NCBI GenBank assembly: GCA_945901835.1
Contig: CAMDMH010000001.1
Coordinates: 1 to 30,754, forward strand
Reading direction: 5' to 3'
DNA length: 30,754 nt
Source of the DNA: Devosia equisanguinis
GTDB lineage: Bacteria > Pseudomonadota > Alphaproteobacteria > Rhizobiales > Hyphomicrobiaceae
Positions 25,869-30,754 of this stretch are shown piece after piece. The notes beneath the pieces are model-generated. The model was given only the letters and a program-made list of their open reading frames with translations, was not told where the DNA came from and did no database searches. Each line of letters opens with the position of its first letter. The stretch's first letter is position 1. The translations under genes and the position numbers were made by a program.

Positions 25869-27134
25869 ATGCTCGCTCGCGCCCTTTCCCTGGCTGCACT
25901 TCTCGCTAGCACTTCGCTTGCTGGCCCCGCCTTCGCACAGGGCGCCCCGGCGGCGGCCGTTCCGCTGCCGGCCGGTCAAGGCAAGGAACTGGTCGAGGGG
26001 GTGTGCACGGCCTGTCATCAGGTGCGTGAGATCCAGCGCAGCATGGGTTACTCGAAGGAGGGCTGGAAGGAGCTGGCGGCGACGATGATCGACCTGTCGA
26101 AGACGCCGGACCAGCGCGAGGAGATCATCTCCTACCTCGCCACGCATTTCCCCGAGGGGAAGAACCCGCGGCCGGCGAAGCAAGTCGACGGCGACCAGCA
26201 GATCGCCTTCAAGCAGTGGACGATGCCGTCGCTGGGCCAGCGCTCGCGCGATCCCGTGCAGGGGAAGGACGGCAAGATCTGGTACGTCGGCCAGTTCGGC
26301 AACGTGATCGGCTGGATCAATCCCGACACAAACGAGATCCGCGAATATCCATTGCCGTCCGGCTCTTATCCGCACAACGTGACACTGGACAAAGATGGCA
26401 ATGCCTGGTGGACGGGCAACAAGAACGGCACCATCGGCAAGTTCGATCCGAAGACGGAGAAGAACACCGTTTACAAGATGCCCGATCCGAAGGTGAAGGA
26501 CCCGCACACGGCAGAGTTCGACCAGAAGGGCATTCTCTGGTTCTCGGCACAGCACAGCCAGCACGTCGGCCGCCTCGATCCTGCCACCGGTGACATCAAG
26601 GTATGGCCGCTGCAGACGCCCAAAGCGCAGCCCTACAGCGTGAAGATCGACTCGAAGGGCAACGTCTGGGTGTCGTGTAACGGCGCGCCGTGCCTGATCA
26701 AGATCGATCCCGTCACGTTCGAGATCTCGGAGTTCTCGCTGCCGCTCGCCGGCACCACGGTCCGGCGCATCGACATCGGGCCGGATGATCGGGTGTGGTA
26801 CGTCAACTCGGGCCGCGGGCGGCTCGGCGTCTACGATCCCGCGACGGGCCTTGCCAAGGAATGGGACAGCCCGAGCGGGCGCACCTCGCACCCCTACGGC
26901 ATCGCCGTGATCGACGGCATCGTCTGGTACAACGAGTCCAACGTGCGGCCGGACATGCTGGTGCGGTTCGATCCCAAGACCGAGAAATTCCAGAGCTGGC
27001 CGATCCCTTCAGGCGGCATTCATGCGGGCATCGTCCGGCACATGCGCCCGACCAAGGAAGGCAACCTGCTGATCCATCAGAGCAGCACCAACCGCATCAC
27101 GCTGGTCACGCCGCGGCCGCCGCTCACAAGGTAG
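25869..27134 (+). CDS. Exported fusion: N-terminal monoheme cytochrome c plus Vgb (streptogramin lyase)-like beta-propeller
   Basis: AAGAGG RBS; signal ending AFA; LPAGQGKELVEGVCTACH heme motif; repeated blades (PH/PY...D..G..W...IG.FDP.T....Y..P). Confidence 0.88.
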   Translation: MLARALSLAALLASTSLAGPAFAQGAPAAAVPLPAGQGKELVEGVCTACHQVREIQRSMGYSKEGWKELAATMIDLSKTPDQREEIISYLATHFPEGKNPRPAKQVDGDQQIAFKQWTMPSLGQRSRDPVQGKDGKIWYVGQFGNVIGWINPDTNEIREYPLPSGSYPHNVTLDKDGNAWWTGNKNGTIGKFDPKTEKNTVYKMPDPKVKDPHTAEFDQKGILWFSAQHSQHVGRLDPATGDIKVWPLQTPKAQPYSVKIDSKGNVWVSCNGAPCLIKIDPVTFEISEFSLPLAGTTVRRIDIGPDDRVWYVNSGRGRLGVYDPATGLAKEWDSPSGRTSHPYGIAVIDGIVWYNESNVRPDMLVRFDPKTEKFQSWPIPSGGIHAGIVRHMRPTKEGNLLIHQSSTNRITLVTPRPPLTR

Positions 27135-27174
27135 TCGATCGGCTGCAAACAATCGCGCCGCTGGAGACACGTCC

Positions 27175-27405
27175 TTGCGGCTCTTCACACGCGCATTGTT
27201 TGCATTCGTTGCCACTTCCCTGATGATCGCCGCACACATGACCAGTGCCTACGCGCAGAGCGCGTCGGCCGTCCACGTCGTCAGGTACCTCGATATCGCG
27301 CCGGAAAGCGTGGCGAAGGCGAAACCGCTGCTGCGGCTCCATCGCGACGCGGCCTTGGCGCAATTCGTCCTGCCAATGCCTCACGTTGCCGCCACAATGC
27401 GCTGA
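27175..27405 (+). pseudogene. Truncated exported protein, likely 5' remnant of an ABM (antibiotic biosynthesis monooxygenase)-fold gene
   Basis: GGAG plus TTG start; signal peptide ending AYA; VHVVRYLDIAPESVAKAKPLLRLHRDA resembles the first strand and helix of ABM domains; the frame then ends in unrelated sequence. Confidence 0.5.
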
Positions 27406-27513
27406 CATACATAGATTAATTAACCCGACGCACCTGATCCTCCGCTAGTGATTCGAAGGTGATCGAGCGCCGTCGTGCGCTGTTCTGGCCAAGTCATGTT
27501 CGGAGCGACGTTC

Positions 27514-30315
27514 ATGGACGTGCTTGCACTAATCGTCGTCTGTGCGCTGACCTATTGGCTGCGGGACATCGTCCGGGACCTGAAGCGCCGGGCGCTGTCG
27601 GCCGAGATGGGGCTCGCCGATCTGCGAAGCCAGATCGCGGCTTTGCATCGCCGTCTGGACGCGCCGCCGGGCTCACAGCCCCAAGAACAAGCGGCCCCAC
27701 GGCAGACAACGCCGTTGCCAGCGAGCGAGACGCCCCCGCCACCGGACGAAGCACCGGGTACGACCGAGTCAGCCGTCAACCGCCCCTGGCGCGCGCCAGG
27801 GATTTTCCCGCCGGATTCGGTTCCGCCAGTTTCGGTTCCGCCTGTGGCAGCATCCCCACCACCGCCCGAGAACAGCGCCACTGCAACCGACGGCGTCGGC
27901 CTCGAAGAACGCTTGGGTACGCGGTGGGCGGTATGGGTTGGCGCACTTGCGCTCGCGCTCGGCGGGCTTCTACTGGTGCGCTACTCGATCGAGGCCGGGC
28001 TGATCGGGCCGGGCATGCGGATCGCCCTGGGGTATCTGCTGGCGGCGGCGCTGGCTTTCGCGGGCGAACACATGCGCCGCCGTGAGCGGCTGTTCGATCT
28101 CCCCGTGCTGCCGGCGGCTCACATTCCAAGCGCGTTGACGAGTGCGGCCACCGTGGTCGCGCTCGGCACGACCCATGCCGCGCATGCGCTGTACGGGTTT
28201 CTCGATTCTGGGCCGGCGTTCGTTCTGCTCGGCGCGATCGCGTTGAGCGCACTGGCAGCTGCAGCCCTGCATGGTCCCGCGCTTGCAGGCGTGGGCCTGC
28301 TGGGTGCGTTCGCGGTGCCGGCGCTCGTCTCTTCGGATATGCCCAATCCGTGGCCGGTGGTGGTCTATCTTGGCGTGGTCGGCGCCGCGGCCTTCGGTCT
28401 TGCGCGGCTGCGCGAATGGCTGTGGCTCGCAGTCGGCGCGGTTGTCGGTGCGCTGATTTGGACGGGTCTGCTGATGGCGCTCGACGACCGCGTCGCGCAG
28501 GATCTGCTGACGGCCGTGATGGCGCACGTTCTCGTTCAGCTTGGTCTGGCTGCCTATTTCATGGGGATCGAGCCGCATTCCGAGACGGCAGACGGGGACG
28601 CCGCGCCCGATATGATCGGCCATGCCGCATTGATGCTGCTGACGTTCGTGGGCATCGTCGTGATGTTCACCGACGGTGCTGATCCGGCACGCGCACAGGC
28701 CTTCGCGCTCGTCTCGATCCTGATTCTGGCAACCGCGCGCTTTGCTGCAGCGCCAGTCGCGGGTGCGATGCTCATGGCAGGGCTCGTCGCAGTCGCCTTC
28801 ATGCTGCTGTGGAAGGGCTTGAAAGTTCCACCTTCTGAAATGCCCTACTATCTGCGGCAATTCCAACAGATGGTGCAGTTGCCCGAGCGTATCGAAGCAT
28901 TCATCTCGTTCGCGACGTTCGTTCCTGCGGCGATTGCGGTTGCGGCGGCCCGGCGTCTCTTGCGAGGGGCCGGACTGCCGATCTCGACGGCATCGATGCT
29001 GGCAGCTGCCGCGACGTTGCCGCCACTGGTGGCGCTGGTGATCGCCTACCTGCGCGTCACGCAGTTCGACCAATCGATCCGCTTCGCGGCCGCTGGCGTG
29101 ATGCTTTCGGCCTTGTTTGCGATCGGCGCGGAGATGTTCCTGCGTGCCGAAGCACGCGCGGCGACACCTGCTTTGCGGCTCGGCACGGGTGCGCTCGCTG
29201 CGGCGTCGATCGCGGCTTTCGCGCTGGCGATGACGTGCGGGCTGGAGCGCGGCTATCTGACGGTGGCGTTTGCGCTTGCCGCACTCGGCACTTCGTTCGT
29301 GGCGGTGCGTCGTGACATTCCGGTGTTGCGCTATGCTGTCGTCGCACTCGGCGTGATCGTGTTAGCGCGCGTCGCGTGGGATCCGCGGATCATGGGGGCG
29401 TCGGCCGGGGCCACGCCGATCTTCAACTGGCTACTGTTCGGCTATGGCGTTCCCGCACTTTCGTTCGCGCTCGCCGCGCGACTGCTGGGCACGCGTACCG
29501 ACGACATCTCTGTCCGGCTCTGCGATGGCCTCGCGGTGTTGTTCTCGGCATTGCTCGTCGGCTACGAAATCCGCCACCTGCTGCACGGCGGCGATCCGTT
29601 GCACGAGGGGTCGAGCCACGTCGAGATGGGCTTGCAGACGACGGCGAGCCTCGGTCTTTCCTACGTGCTGGCGCGGCTTGATCTCGCGCGGGGCAATCCG
29701 GTGTTCCGGTGGGGATCGATCGTGCTGGGCTGCATCGCGGCGACGGTCGCGTTCATCGGCCTGGGCTTCGACCAGAACCCGCTGTTCTCGCGGCAGGCCA
29801 TCCAAGGCGCGCCGTGGCTCAGTTCTCTGTCGATCGCCTATCTGCTGCCCGGCGCGATGGCGGTGCTGGCGGCGCGAGCTGCGCGCGATGTGCGGCCCGT
29901 TTGGTACGTCAACCTTCTTGCGATGCTGGCCGTGGCGCTGTTGCTGGCGTTCGTGACGCTGGAAGTGCGCCACATGTTCCAGGGGCCCGTCATCCACTGG
30001 TTGCGGCGCACGGGCGGTGCGGAACAGTGGGCCTACTCGATCGCGTGGCTGACGCTCGGCCTCGCGTTCCTCGCCTACGGCGTGGTGTTCCGATCGAAGC
30101 CGGCGCGGCTCGCGTCTGCGGGGCTCGTGGTGCTGTCGGTGCTGAAAGTGTTCCTGCTCGATCTGCAGGGGCTGACGGGGCTGTGGCGCGCGCTATCGTT
30201 CATCTCGCTCGGCGTCGTGCTGATCGGCATCGGCCTCGTGTATCAGCGGCTGCTGTTCCAGCACGGGGCCACAGCGCGACGGCAAGACGGCGCGTCGCCA
30301 CCACCGTCCGCATAG
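27514..30315 (+). CDS. DUF2339-family large polytopic membrane protein
   Basis: GGAG 8 nt before ATG 27514 (alternative 27496); N-terminal TM, coiled coil and Pro-rich linker; LEERLGTRWAVWVG; C-terminal LSVLKVFLLDL.GLTGLWRALSFI.LG.VLIGIG.VYQR. Confidence 0.9.
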   Translation: MDVLALIVVCALTYWLRDIVRDLKRRALSAEMGLADLRSQIAALHRRLDAPPGSQPQEQAAPRQTTPLPASETPPPPDEAPGTTESAVNRPWRAPGIFPPDSVPPVSVPPVAASPPPPENSATATDGVGLEERLGTRWAVWVGALALALGGLLLVRYSIEAGLIGPGMRIALGYLLAAALAFAGEHMRRRERLFDLPVLPAAHIPSALTSAATVVALGTTHAAHALYGFLDSGPAFVLLGAIALSALAAAALHGPALAGVGLLGAFAVPALVSSDMPNPWPVVVYLGVVGAAAFGLARLREWLWLAVGAVVGALIWTGLLMALDDRVAQDLLTAVMAHVLVQLGLAAYFMGIEPHSETADGDAAPDMIGHAALMLLTFVGIVVMFTDGADPARAQAFALVSILILATARFAAAPVAGAMLMAGLVAVAFMLLWKGLKVPPSEMPYYLRQFQQMVQLPERIEAFISFATFVPAAIAVAAARRLLRGAGLPISTASMLAAAATLPPLVALVIAYLRVTQFDQSIRFAAAGVMLSALFAIGAEMFLRAEARAATPALRLGTGALAAASIAAFALAMTCGLERGYLTVAFALAALGTSFVAVRRDIPVLRYAVVALGVIVLARVAWDPRIMGASAGATPIFNWLLFGYGVPALSFALAARLLGTRTDDISVRLCDGLAVLFSALLVGYEIRHLLHGGDPLHEGSSHVEMGLQTTASLGLSYVLARLDLARGNPVFRWGSIVLGCIAATVAFIGLGFDQNPLFSRQAIQGAPWLSSLSIAYLLPGAMAVLAARAARDVRPVWYVNLLAMLAVALLLAFVTLEVRHMFQGPVIHWLRRTGGAEQWAYSIAWLTLGLAFLAYGVVFRSKPARLASAGLVVLSVLKVFLLDLQGLTGLWRALSFISLGVVLIGIGLVYQRLLFQHGATARRQDGASPPPSA

Positions 30316-30320
30316 GGATG

Positions 30321-30710
30321 TCATATATCGTTCAGGTCGACGCCGCGATCTTTCAGTGCCTTCTCTGCCGTGCGAAAGGCGTCGAGGCCGGCGGGGACGC
30401 CGCAATAGGTCGCGGCGTGCATCAGCACCTCCTGCACCTCGGAGACTGTGCAGCCGTTGTCGAGGGCTGCGGCGACGTGCATGCCGAGTTCGTGCTGCCG
30501 ATTGAGCGCGGTCAGAAGCGCGATGCACAGCATGCTGCGGGTTTTCATCGGCAGGCCCGGACGCGACCACCCCGTGCCCCAACAGGACTCCGTGGTGAAC
30601 TCCTGCATCGGCATCATGAATTTGTTCGTGTTGGCCATCGAGCGCTCGACGTGCGCCTCGCCGAGCACCTTCTTGCGCAGCTCGAGGCCCTTCGGGAAGC
30701 GGTCGGTCAT
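30321..30710 (-). CDS. Carboxymuconolactone decarboxylase family protein (PcaC-like)
   Basis: GLELRKKVLGEAHVERS, CWGTGWSRPGL..KTRSML, EVLMHAATYCGVPAG; GGAG RBS. Confidence 0.9.
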   Translation of the reverse strand: MTDRFPKGLELRKKVLGEAHVERSMANTNKFMMPMQEFTTESCWGTGWSRPGLPMKTRSMLCIALLTALNRQHELGMHVAAALDNGCTVSEVQEVLMHAATYCGVPAGLDAFRTAEKALKDRGVDLNDI

Positions 30711-30754
30711 ATCGCAATCTCCATCGACGTGTCGTGAATGGTCCGCCGGAGTTT

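Noticed and set aside
25869-27134. Streptogramin resistance gene vgb
   Set aside because: Signal peptide, heme motif and absence of the EPH catalytic motif argue for fold-level similarity only.
14394-27134. A single heme/NO gene cluster made of the GlcG, P460-family and cytochrome-propeller genes
   Set aside because: They are 3-7 kb apart, separated by unrelated genes and not co-oriented; co-location alone is not evidence.
30707-30754. Possible upstream minus-strand ORF ending in an ATGA overlap with the CMD gene (KLRRTIHDTSMEIAI*)
   Set aside because: Only 15 codons are visible at the window edge; no product can be supported.

Overview
GC-rich alphaproteobacterial chromosomal segment (Hyphomicrobiales-like, judged from the Omp25/RopB-type porin, coaD, the cyclophilin pair and Rhizobiales-type palindromic repeats; taxonomy is inference). 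About 29 coding regions, mostly accessory solute-binding and catabolic genes: one ABC binding protein and six Bug/TctC binding proteins with no TctA/TctB partner (one interrupted by an amber stop), plus cupin, MBL hydrolase, FAH, LLM monooxygenase, ThDP enzyme and CMD-family genes. The window opens inside an IS1595-family element, missed by the ORF track, whose end lies 1 bp before the start codon of the ABC binding protein. The best candidate for an uncharacterised system is a three-gene operon at 3571-7329: a divergent TelA/KlaB-like coiled-coil protein, a single-pass DUF6384-like membrane protein and a long coiled-coil protein with a Gly/Pro tail. Also notable are an exported cytochrome c/Vgb-like beta-propeller fusion, a cytochrome P460/c'-beta protein apparently lacking the cross-link Lys, a truncated exported ABM-like remnant, four kinds of intergenic palindromic repeat and a 7-bp tandem repeat. 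No rRNA, tRNA or CRISPR array was seen. Family assignments come from motif recognition by eye; no database search was run.
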